Assembly: GCA_964035545.1 (NCBI GenBank)
Contig: OZ037765.1
Coordinates: forward strand, 27,217,504-27,281,503
Direction of reading: 5' to 3'
Source of the DNA: Bugula neritina
Lineage: Eukaryota > Animalia > Bryozoa
Length of the DNA: 64,000 bases
Shown here piece by piece: positions 1-15,100 of this stretch. A program made the translations under genes and the position numbers. Numbering within the stretch: the stretch's first letter is position 1; each line of letters begins with the position of its first letter. The notes below the pieces were generated by a model that was not told the origin of the DNA, searched no databases, and saw only the letters and a program-made list of their open reading frames with translations.

Positions 1-192
1 ACCTAAACATTTACACTATTGCAAGAAAGCTGGAAGCATGACCAAAAGTTTGCTGGCTACGTTTAAAACTAATCATATGTACTGAGCCCCTCAACAACAA
101 AATCAAAGCTCGCCATCATTCACTTCAGAAAGCAAGAATATCTCTCCGTACACTTATAATAGATGGTCTGTATTACATAGGTAATGGCTTAC

Positions 193-3100
193 TATCACAC
201 AGGTTCACGAGTGGTATACATCTCTGCTTGTCACTGCACAGGAACTCAGTCTCATTGTCACAGGCTGTGATCTCATATTTACAATCAAACTCATCAGACA
301 GATCGCCGCAATCATCTTTCTTATCACATGTCTTATTAGCGTGAATACATCTCTGGTTGCGGCAGGTGAAGAACTTAGGTTCAGGGCAAATTCTTGTAGC
401 TGTTGAAAATAACACGGTGAGAGAAACAAGTTGGGGGAACAAAAAACCTGACAGTGGTAAAGCCATAATGCAGTTGGATATATGGCACTTGTGCAACTAT
501 GTTACATCATTGTCTAATAAAAATAATATCATCAACTTTAAGTAATTACTTGAAATTACAGCAGATTGAAACATATTCTTGGAATTGATCTCACCAATTT
601 AAACGGCTAAAATCGCAAGCACCTCCTAGTAAAATAATGTTACTAGTACCACAAAAATAAGGGTCTTCATCAGCGGGGAAGGTGTTCTCCGACTTGGGAA
701 TGCAATGGTTAACTCCGTCACAGGTTAATTCCCAAGGAATGCAGTCCCCGTGACAGAGAAACTCCTCCTTGCATCCTTGAGCATTCAACAAGCATAAACT
801 AGAGTTGAGAGGGTCGACAATGTAACCTTCAAAGCAACCGCAAGTATAACTCTCTCCATTCCCCAACACTGTACACGTCTGCTGGCAAGGGGAGCTGTAG
901 CAGGGACTAGCGTGACCTGGAATATGCAACACGTTTTACTACTGGACCAACAATTTAACATCATAGACTCTAGTAACTTAACACTATAGACTCCAAGAAT
1001 GTTGGGGTTTAGAAGACTCCTGGTACATTGTATATATGAATTACAATGATAACTGACTAACTATAAATACTTGGTATTATATAATACAACTGTAACTATG
1101 TAGTTCAAAGTAAAAAAGGAAAATACTACTCTCTATAAAGTGCATGCATAGCGGCAGTGACTTACATTAACCTACAAGCAATTAATTTGACATACTAGTC
1201 AGGAATCAGGTCATAATTTAGGTTATAAATTTTGCCAAACACTTGATTGTAGGTCGAATTAAATAGTTATATTTTGTGTAGAACATATTAGAATACAGAG
1301 TTCAAGGCCAACAGTTAAAAGGAAAACAAATAACACACATGTTATGTTAGATGCTATGGCGATTCCCATCAGCTGTTGCGGAACTTTGGTGACCAGAGTT
1401 TGGTTGAGAGATCCAGACAACTTGTATGCTCTCCGCACAGACCTCTGCATCCAGTCTGTCCAGTAGAGGTAGTCACCGTGTATAGCCATAGCAAATATGT
1501 GTGGAGATACTTGCTGGTGAATAATCTAGAAAATTTCATATTCAGTTACTAGAGATACATCACAACAGCGCAACGCAATAAGTTACCAATAGTATTAGAG
1601 AAATGCAACTTTGCTATAAATAACTTTGCAGGTCAAGTAACTTGTGCCATACTCTCAGACTACCTTGCGGTCTTGACCCAGGAATCCACACATCTCAATC
1701 TTATCCAAGCTAGCATCAGCCCAGAAAATCTTTTCCATCTTATGGTCAATAGCCAAGCCGTTAGGAATAACTATGTCAGTTGTGATGATACTCGTGAACT
1801 TGGCGCCAGATGTCTCTGCTCGTTGGATGGATGGGTTACCTTCATTCCAGTTGGACCAAAATATATATCTACACAAAAAACACTACTTTTACTACATTTT
1901 CAACACCCAAGATTAAAAATAATAAATAATAAAATCTCACATCTAGAGATTGTTCCTACATTTTCCGCAATTTTTGCGATAATGACAGCAGCAGAGTAAT
2001 ATAGGCTTCAAGAGTAAATAGTAGTAAATAGATTATCATCAATGATGGCAACACAATAACTAAATTATCAAGATAAAATTAGTATCGTAACCTCAGAAAT
2101 ATATGCTGACATAATACAAAAATTAATGCAACTTCACATGTCCAACATAATACATTACGTGTAGATATATTATTCGCCAATGTAATATAAGTGACACGGC
2201 AATCTCACCCAGAACAAGAGTGCACAGCAATAGCCCGAGGGGCATCTAACCGGCTCAGTTCAACAACCAGTTTCAGTCTCCCAGGATCATCAGCCTTCAA
2301 GTTTAGGTTCACGTATTTTATAGCGGGTAAGTTAGAGTCAGAGCTGGCTTGGTAAGTGAAATAAAGGAGGTTTCTATCGTATGCCAATCCTTCAACCGAG
2401 CCAACATCTGAAATAGAGATAAGAAAAGTCCAGTAGCACCATTATCCTTTATCATATTTCCATTCTTCATTATATATTTATATTTTTTATTATATTTATA
2501 TCCTTATTATATTTATATCCTTTATATTTACCAGATGAATATAAATTATATCATGAGGCAGATTTACACTTACTATATCACACAGCTCCAGTTAATGACT
2601 ATACAAAACAATAATTATATACACATCTACATATCTATAGCTATTTATATATATATAGTTATATAATTTGGAACCCACTGGTTATAATGTCGGCAGATTG
2701 CTTTCCATCATATGATGCCCAGCTTATCGCCCTCCTCTGAATGTCACTGAAATAGATACGCTGCCGATCTGTGTCTGTTGCCAAGGCGATCACATTCAGG
2801 GTTTTATCACTGGACAGTTTAGGGTATGGACTGGGTGCATTTGGACTTGTACTATTTACTCCGATATTGTGATATTCTATGGCGGTTACTTTGGAATACA
2901 CCAGGAAATCCTTCAAGTCTACAAACGCATACTTTTGAGAATCAAACAATCTGCGGAAACTTTACACATGCAAGACAATCCCCTACAAGGACAAGCTCCA
3001 AAAGAACTCATATAAACAGATGATTAATGCGATCTTAAACCACATGGTTGATTGAAGTAAAAGGTGTATCTTTACATCCTTCCTTATATCGTATCATCTT

Positions 3101-6100
3101 ACCATTACCAGAATTTGAGTATCTGTGTCCCGGGGAAATAGTATAACAACTTGGCAACAAAATAAAGTCAAATTGATGATGCGGTTGAGGTATTTCAAGT
3201 TACAAAGTATTGCATTTATCAAGAACTAGCAATCCTACTCGGTATCTACCTCATCAAAAACCACTTGAGAAAAAAATGTTGAGCTTAGCATGGAAGGCAC
3301 AAGACAAGTCATTGTTTAGCAATTCCATTAGGTTTTCTCACTCAAATATACAATAATATAATGCAAGTATGAAAGTAATGAAATGTAAAACGCACCCGCA
3401 CAGCTTTTCCCGTCAGCATCAAGCACTCCCATTGCACAGGCGCAGTGAGACCCTGCTGATGGATCACCATTGAATAGACACAAACCTTCACACCCACCAT
3501 TATCCTCAGCACAAGGATTGTCACCTGCAATGTATTGCTGACTTTATATACATAATAGTTGACTGTCTAAACAACTCAAACATAAGCTGAGGGACATATC
3601 AATTATATCAACATAATAGCTGTTTCTTTTTCGAAATTTAGTGAATATAGTAGAAAATGAAATTAAACGAGTTCACATAACGCTAAAAAATCAGAAACAA
3701 GGGACACTTTCATAAACATGAAGGAATTATCGTTTACCTATAAAGTCATGGAGGTCTTTATTAGCAAATGCCAAGTCTGTGACTGAAGCTCTGGTAGACA
3801 CAGGAGGTGAGACATAATTAGACTCTATATCTCTCAGCCATATTTTACTAAAACAAAGCAGTTGCTACGAGTGAACTTAGAAACATCCCCAACGGTAAAT
3901 ATTAAAAGTTTGTATATACGACTGAATGCTGGGATACCAGGTCTCACCCAATTATATATACAAGAAATTAAAGCAATATTTGAATGTTTAGTCAAGCCAG
4001 AAGAAGAGTCAAAATTAAGTGCAGTCATACATTGTAGCACGAGGAATTTTCAGACCCTATTTCTAAATTTCAAAAATTTGAATGTTTAATCAATAGTAAG
4101 TTAAACTTTTATTGCAAAATTTGTTTGATACACCCATAATTATGTCAGCAAGTGGTACAGGAAGTGATCTTTTCAGTTTCTACGGCAAAATAATTTTGCA
4201 GGCAAAATACTCAACACTTTTAGGGCGGTAAAAAGGTAAAGCCTAAAATTCTGATGTATTTTGCTAAAATTTTCATGAACACAGCATGTATTTTCTCGTT
4301 ATTATATGTTAACATGAAGGCACTTGAGGTTTGATTTTGCTATGTTTACTCACTTAGTGTAGGAATATGCTATTTTGTTGCCAAACACGGCGATTGATGA
4401 GCAGTGGTAAGGGGAGTCCAGGGAGATATTGCGAGGAATAAAATCATCAATACTCATGTATACAATCTGCTGATTGCCGGTGCATACAAACAGCCTGTTG
4501 TGAGTTACGTCGACAGCAATGTCAATGATTCCACCAGAGTCTCTATATATCACGACTGGGTTACTTTTGCCCGGGGTCATCACCGACACACCAACCGCTG
4601 ACTCCAAGAAAAACAGTTTCCTGTAACATAAAAATAGCAATTTATACGCACACCATATATATATGTTACATATGTATATCTAGCAACTACTTACAATACA
4701 ATATGCTCATGCGAGCATCTAGAAATCAAACTCAAAGAAGCATGTGATAGTAAAGTTAACCATGCACACATATCTATCACTTTCCATTGCAATACTTATA
4801 TAGAAGAGAAATGAGAGCTTAGACAGCTATTCAAAATGGCACACACATATAACGCATACAGGCAGCGCCTACCCTTTAGATGGATGCAGGGCAATAGACA
4901 GCAACTGGTTATGCTGACTCGCATTAATTTGGTGAATCAACATCCTCTGACTGCCATCTGTCTTGCACACCTCGATGGTTCCAGCAACCACATCGGCCCA
5001 GTAGAGATTACCTGCAGCAATACAATAAAACTCTGTCTACATCAAATATCATCTGCATAAAACATGCTCGGAACTCTCAGGTAGAGCAATACACATTTAA
5101 AACACAGGCAATCAAATAGTTGTATGGCAAATTGTTTATGCAGGCAAAGATTATTTACTTTAATGCAAATGATTTGGACTACTCGCTGCATTTCTACCAA
5201 AACAGAAATACAGGTTTTTGTCATGTAAAACAAAATTAGTTATTTAGAAGACATCAACCTGCTGCGGAGTCAACGACAAGTGAGAATGCCGATATGAGAT
5301 TTGAAACTATAGTTTGCCTGTCGGTCAGATCTCTAGTGCTTCTACTGATTCTGGTGCCGCTATCACTATCTATCCAGTATATGTAGTCCGGCTCTACAGA
5401 ATAGAGATGAAACGCACGGGTAATTCAAGCTATCCACTTCAGTACAACAGAGTACAGAGAACAGATGACGACACAAACCTGAACTGGTTGAAGGCTGCCG
5501 GTAATACGCCACAGATATGATGTTGTTGACTCGAGGGATGGGAACCAGAGAATTCTTGCCCAGACTGATATTGCTCAGCTCCGCACCATACAGCATCGCA
5601 CCCGGAGGCCGAGTAGAGTACAGAAGCAAAGGAAATATGGCTACAAAAATCCTTTTTCTTAAAACATAAAGTTTAAAAAATTAAAAAAAACAAATTTTAA
5701 TGTTACAAAAAATTACAAATAAATATGCAAAAATAAAATACTTTATATCAAAACCTCAAATCATAGAACCTTCATCCAACAGAATCTACAGATGGTGATG
5801 TACGCATGAAAGGCGTATCAACATTGTATGTTACATCACAACAATACTGTACCAGTACCTTGACACGAGCCATCCTGGTAACTATATCCAGTGTAACACA
5901 CACAAGTCCCTTCCCCTGCTGTGCTAGGACCTTTAGGCAGACAATGGTGGTTGCAACTTGAACATGTAACTTTATCAGACTCTGCAACTACAACACAAAG
6001 TGTATATACATTCTCTTCACAATCCTCTAGATCCTCTAGTCTGCTTGCAAGTTAATAGGTGGTCGAACTGTTGGCATCAGTCAATGTCATTATAGTAACT

Positions 6101-9100
6101 CACACCTACCTGTTCTAGAAGCTTCCACTACCTTCATGTCGGTTGGAAAGTTACCCTTTAAAGCACCGATAACAGTGCTGTTAGAAATGTTGCTCAGTTG
6201 CCATAGATTGACATCAAACCCACGAGTAGCTATATTTGTAAATTTTGATGACGTAAACAACTGGTCATCCCTGACTGACCAAGTGCCGAGTTCTTGATTA
6301 GACATGACTTCTTCAATAGCTGATCCGTCAAACTTGTAGATTTGTGAAGAATCGCCAAAGTATAGCACACTTTGAGTGCTATCATCACTGCTCAATGCCA
6401 TTTGTATTTCTAAAAAAATATAATAATTCTCTAATACACTGATATATGCTGTAGTTACTGCTGTGTATATACATAATACAAAACATGTACTGGGCGCAAC
6501 TCAACTATAATCACAGAGCAAATGGAATGTTTTAGCAGCCCAGTCCATAGATGCATGCATATTGTAGAAAACAGAGACTTGATGAAAAGTTTGAAAACTA
6601 GAACGGCAGCCCAAACATAATTTCAAAGCAAATGACAGAATGAGCACTTCCAATTCCTGACCAAAAAAGAAAGTATAGATGTCATCATAACCATAGCATT
6701 GTGGAGCATATTTTATAGCAATGCATTGCCTAATTACTTTAGTATATGAATATACAAACATATTACTTCTCATCATTCATATATACTGCATACATAAACA
6801 TAAGAACTGGGTACGGCACAGTGATACAACACCTAGCAGGTTAGAGTATGGCAAACACTATTTATAATAGCTACGGCACCTACGGGGCGTAGTTACCTGG
6901 TCCATCTCTCAACAGCTGTCAACTTCTACACAAGAAAGATGTGAAAGCAAGAATGTGAACATCTAGTTAAACAATAATACCGAGTAAATACATCTACACA
7001 CGGGCAAGTTCTACCACACGACTACAACTTTCTACAATCTATGACTATTGAGTTATTGAAAAGCTGTTGGTGACTAAAAATAAAATGGCTATTAAAGTTA
7101 GTCTTCACAGTGTGCACTTGCTATATATTGCCGCTATTCAATACAAGATTGATGTAACTTAAAAGATTATTTAAAAGTAAATTGTGATATGCAACCAAAT
7201 TGGGTAAAACTACGTTAAATTCTTCACACACAGTAAATAGTATTTGAATTTAAATTTAGTTTAAAACGTTACAACACAGTGAGTTTTAGTCAACAAAGTT
7301 GCAAGATGTTAAAGCTAGAACATGACTGGTACTGGTTAAACTAATAAAGTAATGTGCACCTCACTCAATAGTCAACAAAATAATAATCGTAAACATTAAT
7401 AAAACATCAATAAAGTTAAAGTGTACACTTACTATTTGATAATGAAATTGATTTGTTCAGATTGAGAATATTACTACTTGACTTTTCTCCAGACATGAAT
7501 GAGCCATCCATAAACATGCTGTATATAGCTTGATCCCCTTCATCTCCAACGTACATAGTCCTATCAGACAAGTTAGTACATTTTAATAAGTATAAGTTGA
7601 ATATCCCAGAGATCCATAATAAAGTCTATTCTTATCATTATTTGATGCTACAATATCTTGTAGGAAAACTGACTATAAAATTTCATCTTAGCTGTCTATA
7701 TACTCCTGAAGGTGTCCAACTGTAGAATTTCAATTTCTATTAGTTCACACAATACTTTAAACCTTACAACCTGCTTACCCATTGGAAGGAAGTAAAACGA
7801 TAGTCTTAGGTCGACCAAATCCTGTAGCAATAGTAGAGCGACGAGTTCCTGAGAAATCGCACACATCTATAGCACCCAGCTGCGAGTGTTTCAAAGTATA
7901 CGTGCCAATGTATAATCTTTCATGAATATAGTCAACAGCAAGGCTAAACTCCACACCTGAAACACACCAGCACTGATGGCTAGAAAAGTTATTGTCCTCT
8001 CTTTTCTCCAGAGGCAGTTGAAGTAAAAGTTCTGCATAGTGTATGATTTGTAGAAAATCAACATCCCTGCATTTAAAATTGTAGCCAAATAACACTGTAC
8101 ATCATTAAAAACTGACTTTGTCCACATGTATACAACGAAAATAACTATAGTAGTCCTTTTATACAAATTAGGTAAAACAAGTTGTGCTGGTAGATGCAAT
8201 AAAATAGATTTGCAAGTTTGATATAAACATGTAATTAAGTCTGAATTTACTTGGAGGAATTTTTTATTATCAATCTTTAGCAAAAATTAGAAAAGTATAA
8301 TCAGCGTAGAAATAGGGTCCAGCTCAGACAGCTAAAATGTTGTGGCCTACGAAGCACACAGTAAATGTCAAGCAACATAGCCTACTGTCCTTTTTGAGAA
8401 TTATTGGGGGGGAAACAAAGTAGTTTTACACTACCACAGCTATGAGTAGAGGCTTAATGACAAGAGATATCTCCATTTAACTGAGGAGTTGAGAAACACC
8501 TGTATACACGCGAACCAATACATTTCTTTATAACACAGAAAATGTAATTTAACACTTCTCCAATTCTTGATTTACACAAATCCTTTTTCACAATTACTAT
8601 CTTTCAATCCCAATGAAAACAAACTTCCTCTAGCAAAAATTTCTGTATTGAAGTTCTCTGCATCAGTTAAAGTTAATAAACCTGGTGATGATTTAAATTC
8701 TAAATACCGAGTATTTTCGATGTTTCAATCAGCTTTTGATCGAAGAAAAAATTTTACATTAGCTGCTATGGTAAGCCGCTAGCTCAAATATCAAATTGCT
8801 TGATGTAGGCTTTTGCTCCAATTTTCACTGGGCCAACTTTTAAAGCAACATTGTAATACTTAGCTGTCTGAGCTGACCCTAAGTTTAAGATTTTACAGCA
8901 GCATGCACAATACCGACAGAATCAGTAAATACTGAAACTCAACACTTGCAAAATAGAGTCAACATACTACCTCCTACCTAGTTCAAAGACTATCAGAAAA
9001 CTTTAGTGTTTAGGACCATGAATCATGTGAGTTCAGTAATGAATTACACAAGAAAAATAAGAGAGTAAGCCTAACAACTTGATTACTTTTACCTGGCAGG

Positions 9101-12100
9101 TTTAGAGTGACTTTTTTGTGAAAGGTATAAAATAGATTAAAAATCAAAAGAAATGAACCTAATAAAAGCAGTTTAAGCGAATCAAACAAAAGCATTTGAT
9201 ATTCAACTGTTGGCCAGCAAGTCTAAACCGCACATGTATCCGAATTGACCCCTCAGACCTGTCACAAGGTTCAGAGTGACTAAAACCAAACAGAACTTTA
9301 AGCAACCAATCTAGAAACACAAGATGCAGCATTTCTGTCAGAACTTCTTACTTAATATCGGAGCCAGTAAATAATGCTGTACCAGCAATGTGCAAGTTAC
9401 ACCTTTCACAACTTCACCTTTTAATCTTGAAAATCATGAAAATGTACTCCAAGAATAATGGTCTACTATTCTCTAGTGATAGTGAATGAAACAATTCTAA
9501 ACAATATGTTACCAGCAGTAGGCCGTCTTTCTAATACCTAAACAGCAGGGCAATGAGAGCAGGAGCTAGGAGTCCTACTTATAATGGTGATTAATTACAT
9601 AGCAAACTATGAATTTAACGTGTAATATAAGCTGTGGGCTAAAAAATATTTGTAGTGATGAAGCTAGGCATGCAAGCAGAGTTACCTTTGCCATACTCTG
9701 AAAAAATAGAACATCCAAATATAAGCAAATACCAAATACAATAAAATAATAGTTTATGTATATAAAAAGCTTGAAGTACATAAAGAGTAGTTTTATCGGG
9801 TTTTTGCAGATAGTTATTTCATTTTTTTTTATGAAATGCTTAGTTTTTTTATTAAATATTAAGAGAGTATCCTCAATGTGAATATTTCTCTATGATTCAT
9901 ACTTTAGATATGTTGGGGAATTTAGTCAGTACATTTAGACCACCAGTTTATTAGTTTTCAATGTTTTTAAGTTACCAGCAGATTTCTTTTACCTTAACTT
10001 ATTATATTGTTGCAAATGTTTGCCTTTGTCTACACTCTACATGTTTACAAAATAATTATTGATACACTATCTCACATCAGCTGAAAATGATAATCTGAAT
10101 TATTTACCACAAATGCAGATGGCACTAACTGCATTTTATTTCTTGTTATTGACATATTATTTTCTTACCCCACAGATATAAAGCTAAAGAAAAGAACATA
10201 GAAAGGTTTTCCACTACAGATTAAGGGAGGAAACTATTGAAAGTTTTTAGACACCCCTAGATGCTAGAAAAACATAGCTTTTAAAAATACCATGCATAGT
10301 AACCATAGAATATAGGAATTTTGCTATTTCAATTGCTCAGGATTTACTTGTTCAAGGTAAAAGCATTTCTTAGCTACGTCATATTCCCCTTGAAAATGTT
10401 TCATTCTTTATTGAAGACTTACAACTAAGAAGTTTAGCCTAAATATACTATTATTATGAAAATGCAATTGTTATCTCCACATTAAAATAGTAGTAAGATT
10501 ATGAAATTACATTACCCTGAGCTAGGTCCATTATGTTGGTAGGATCAGCTCCTGTAATTGAAGATGTAGCAATGACTTGTAGCCCTTCATCTGCCCAGAA
10601 TATTCTATGCTCCTTTGGTTTACCAGCCACGATGTAATAGTCTAGCATGTAGACCTTCTCTATTGTAGGCGGAGCTAGGGTGGGCATCACTCCATGGGAG
10701 ATAGACAGCTCGGGGGTTATACTTGTAACAAACGATGGTGTGGCTATCAGCAAAAACTTGCCAATATCTAAAATATATTATTGTGCGTCAACATCATTTC
10801 TACCAGCTTTAATCAAAAGGACAAACTAAACACACTGCTGGATTTCCAACAAGCAGTTGTACTGTAGAAATATTTTAGCTCAGAATTATCTCAGAAAATA
10901 TTAAAAAGGCGAATATTTCTATTTTAAGTAACTGGGGACTGTCATAATATATTCTATAAACTCAGAGGATTAAATGTACAGTAGGAGTTAGACAAATGAA
11001 ATAGAAACAGTTGCCAATTATCAACAAAATGCAAACGAAAATTCAAGCAACTTGGAACAAAAACATGCAAAGGCTCACCCTATTCCCCCTCGTCTGTCCC
11101 CTATTTGAAAGTTGGGGGACATGAAGGAGAACATTTACGTTGACTACCTTCCAGCTATGACTACCAACACAAAGTGAGAAAAACAAGAAATTCAATTTTC
11201 GTACACCAATTTGCATGCATTGAAAATATACTGGTTTCGTAATCATTTTGAAAATTTTGGAATGGCCAGAATACAGAATGCTCAAGTCTCAATTGGTGTC
11301 TGCCTCTGATTAGAACCAAAGAGACATTTTTTCACTAAATTGTTTAAAAAGGCGCAAAAAATAAAACACATTATCCTTATAGGTTGCCCATTATTTACTG
11401 CTAAACTTTACTAAGCTAAAGAAATCCATAGACACCATTCTGTCTATAGACTAGCCTACACATTACCTTGACATGTCTTGTTATCGTGAGAGAGTTCGAG
11501 TAGGTGAGGACAAGCGCATCTGACTGACGTCTCGCTGTTTCTTAGACACAAGTGACTGCAGCCCTTAGCACTGCACATAGCCTCAACTTCTGACGAGAGG
11601 CCTGGTTGACGTCCCACATGGAAAACTTTGAGGTCAAATGGCTGAGTTACAGTGCCATGAACTGTCTGTGCATTCGTCCCATTCCACTTATTAGCCTGTA
11701 AAATATACTTAGCCTATATATCAGTACCTCTTATTTTATACAATGTTTGAAAATAGTTAAAATAATGTTCAAACATCAATGACATATTATACAACACACA
11801 AGGAATTTCACTACTCACATCAGACTGATATAGTAAGTATATGCTACTCAGTTCACACATGACGACACCCCATTGAATCTATTCATATAACCTTATACCC
11901 TATATGCTTCATGACTTACTCTGTTTATGGAGTTTGTCTTCCAGTCAGACCAGTAAACCCAGTTTTCAAACACAGATATGGAAAATGGATGCTGAAGAAG
12001 ATGGTTGTTGTACAATATGAGCCGAAAATCTTGCCCACCATAATTCACCGACTGTATGCTATGAGACCTACATACAGAAACGTTACACCGTTCAACAGCA

Positions 12101-15100
12101 AACTCTGCATATCATATGTATGGCTGAAGACACTTAAACATGACAAATGCATTGCACAAATTAAAAACAACTTGTTAACAATTTCACTAAGGCGTCCACC
12201 AAGAAAGTAGCACCCATACACTCAGGTATAAGAAAAGTGAAAGAAAAACAATAGCATTTTATTATTTTTTTTTATTACATATTATTGTGTGGCCATCATA
12301 TTACAAGCACTATTATTGTATAAATAGAGCACATGATGTCATATCCTATTATATCACATGCAGACTAACTTGGCATCATTCCAATAGACACGCTTCATAT
12401 CATAATCCAGAGTCAAACCATTGGCCCAGGCGCCATCAGGAATATGCTTTTCATGATTAACAGAGAAGAGCATCTGTTGCTCTTCTCCTGCCATAGTCGC
12501 CCTCCTCAGCTGCCTGATTCCCCAGTCGGCCCAAAACAACAGTCTGAAAATTGTAATAATTCAATATATTTCTAACCAAAAATTTTACTATTATAATTTT
12601 CAACTTTAATCAAAACACACAACAAAATTTTCTAGAGTAAACATTAAGCTAATTTAATCTATACGGATAACTTTACCATAACACTTTTACTCATATCTCT
12701 GTTACTTTGAAATGATCATAATGATTTTCAACTAGTAAAACTCATACCCAACTCGAGGATCAACAGCAATAGATCTGGGATTCTCTATGGGGTTCCGAGC
12801 TCCGTGAGATATTATAGTAGCTCTATTGCTTCCATCCAAATCTGCTACTTCTATGATATCTAGTACACTCTCCACCCAGTATATGTGATTGCCGATCCAG
12901 TCTACAGCTAGGCCTTCGGCAGTTGGCAAACCACTTGTAATCACCTCGATCACATTTGTCAATGCTCCTGTAAATTAAATCTAATCTCACTGCAACTACC
13001 CTCGATAAACCCACACATTTACCAAGTGACAAGGGTTTGAAGCAATCATGATGAGACAACTCTATTGCAGCAGTCTGTATTTTATATCAGAAACTGCTAA
13101 CTCAGAGACTTGTAATAAGCAGTATTTTCCAGTATTAATATGACAATAATTTCTATATTATGTTTAATATTTATGCTTCCATTTAAAGCTATTTAATCTT
13201 AATAGGCGAGTAAAATAGTTTAACTGTCATCATTTGAACGTGAGTAAACAGAATTGTATGTAAGCATGACTAGAGCTGAAAGCTCTGCCAACATATCACA
13301 AGGCGATGAAATGAGGAATTTATTTAGATTTATTTACAAGACTACATTCATTAAAGACAAACTGCTACAAAGTCACTGAGAAAGTCACCCGTAGAAGATT
13401 CCGGATCCATAGTGCCTCGATAAATTGTATCCATAATTATATCAGACCAGAAGATATATTTCTTCTCATAGTGAAAGTCAACAGCAATAGTGTTACGCAG
13501 GCCAGACTGGATTACTGTATAAACCTCGCCTGGTTCGGTTGGCAGAAACTTGAGGTCATGTCTGTTAGAGAATATGAGTGATGGTGTGCCGTCTACAACA
13601 TACCAATCAGCTTAATAAACTAGTTTGTATCATTAAGTTGTTTGTAGTATTCAATAAAATCTAGCTGCTTATGCAAAGAACAAATAGAAGCCTGTAATAA
13701 CATTACCATCATGTCTGCAAGTGTATTGATCAGGTTGAATGGTATAGCCTGTGTTACAAGAACATTTCACTTGATTCTGTACCAAATCCGTGCATTTCTG
13801 GCTGCAAATACCCCACTTCTGGCAGTCAGTTCGTTTCAGGAGACAGGTTTTTCCATCCAGATCCAACTGCACGTTGTCTGGGCACGTGCACTGATAACCT
13901 CCGGCCGGGCTGACATGACAGTCGTGACTGCAGGCGTGATCAGCGCAGTAGGGCCCGGCTGCAACACAACACACACTTCTGCTACTTAAACAAAGAAAAT
14001 TTCACAAGCTACAGCCTACCGGCACAGCATTAGAGCTCATCCAACAAGTTCTACTGAAGGAAAATTATTTCAATAGAGATTTAATATTTTTATAAGCAAT
14101 TGAAATCTTCCAAGAAAAACTGATTACAACAAAGTTACTATTTTCCACAAAACAAATTATAGGGACACTGATAAGTTGTTCATTTTAGCTGCACATATTC
14201 TAGATGTAGCTTGGGATGATACATACCACATCCCACACCTTCATCTGCGCCATTCTCGCATTGCTCCACCCCATCACACACCAGATCCCAGCTAATACAA
14301 GTAGTGGTCCCTGAATTTGAACAAGTGAACTTAGATGAAGGGCACGTAACGTTACACTGTCTTTCATCTTCTCCATCTTCACAGTCCCAATGAGTGTCGC
14401 ATTTCCAGGATGATGGAATGCATTGACCAGTCTACGGAACACGATCATATATAAACCCCATGTAGTATTCAGACATAAATCATAATATTGCAACATGCTT
14501 TCATACATGTACATTAAACATGTAACACATATTATACTGATATATCTTGTTTAGTAAATAGCACACCTAGTATAGAGCAAAATCTCTCAACCATCACAAG
14601 CTTCCAAACAGCTTGGGGGTTAACAATCAGCTGCTTTGAATAAAATATGGTTCTATCCTTACAAAAAATTTACAAAGACTGCTTCTACAAATTTGTAGGT
14701 TATAATTATAAGCATCAAAACCACAGGATCAAGAACTAAAACGCAGGGCTACAAATTAGACTAACATTCAGAACTAATGCAACGGTATACAGTTAAATTT
14801 ATCATACATTCAAGATGTTAAAATCTGAAACTAGCCAAAACACATGGTATAAACTATAAAGCATGTAGGTATTGATATACAGAAACTGTTGATGAGTATG
14901 AAAAGCAATGTTAGCACATAACTTACACTGTTACACTTGACATAATCTATGGGACAGGAGAATGCATCACATGATTCTTCGTCAGAGTTGTCTACACAAT
15001 CTCGAGTATTATCACACCACCACCAGTCCGGTATGCACTGCCCAGACTTGCACTGCTTCATATTTAGCTCACAGTTAGTAGCGTTCCCAGCTCCATCATT

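Noticed and set aside
3127-3136. Second COE-like sequence TCCCGGGGA in an LRP1 intron
   Set aside because: Half-site spacing is wrong (1 nt rather than 2). Noted as a reminder that such motifs arise by chance.
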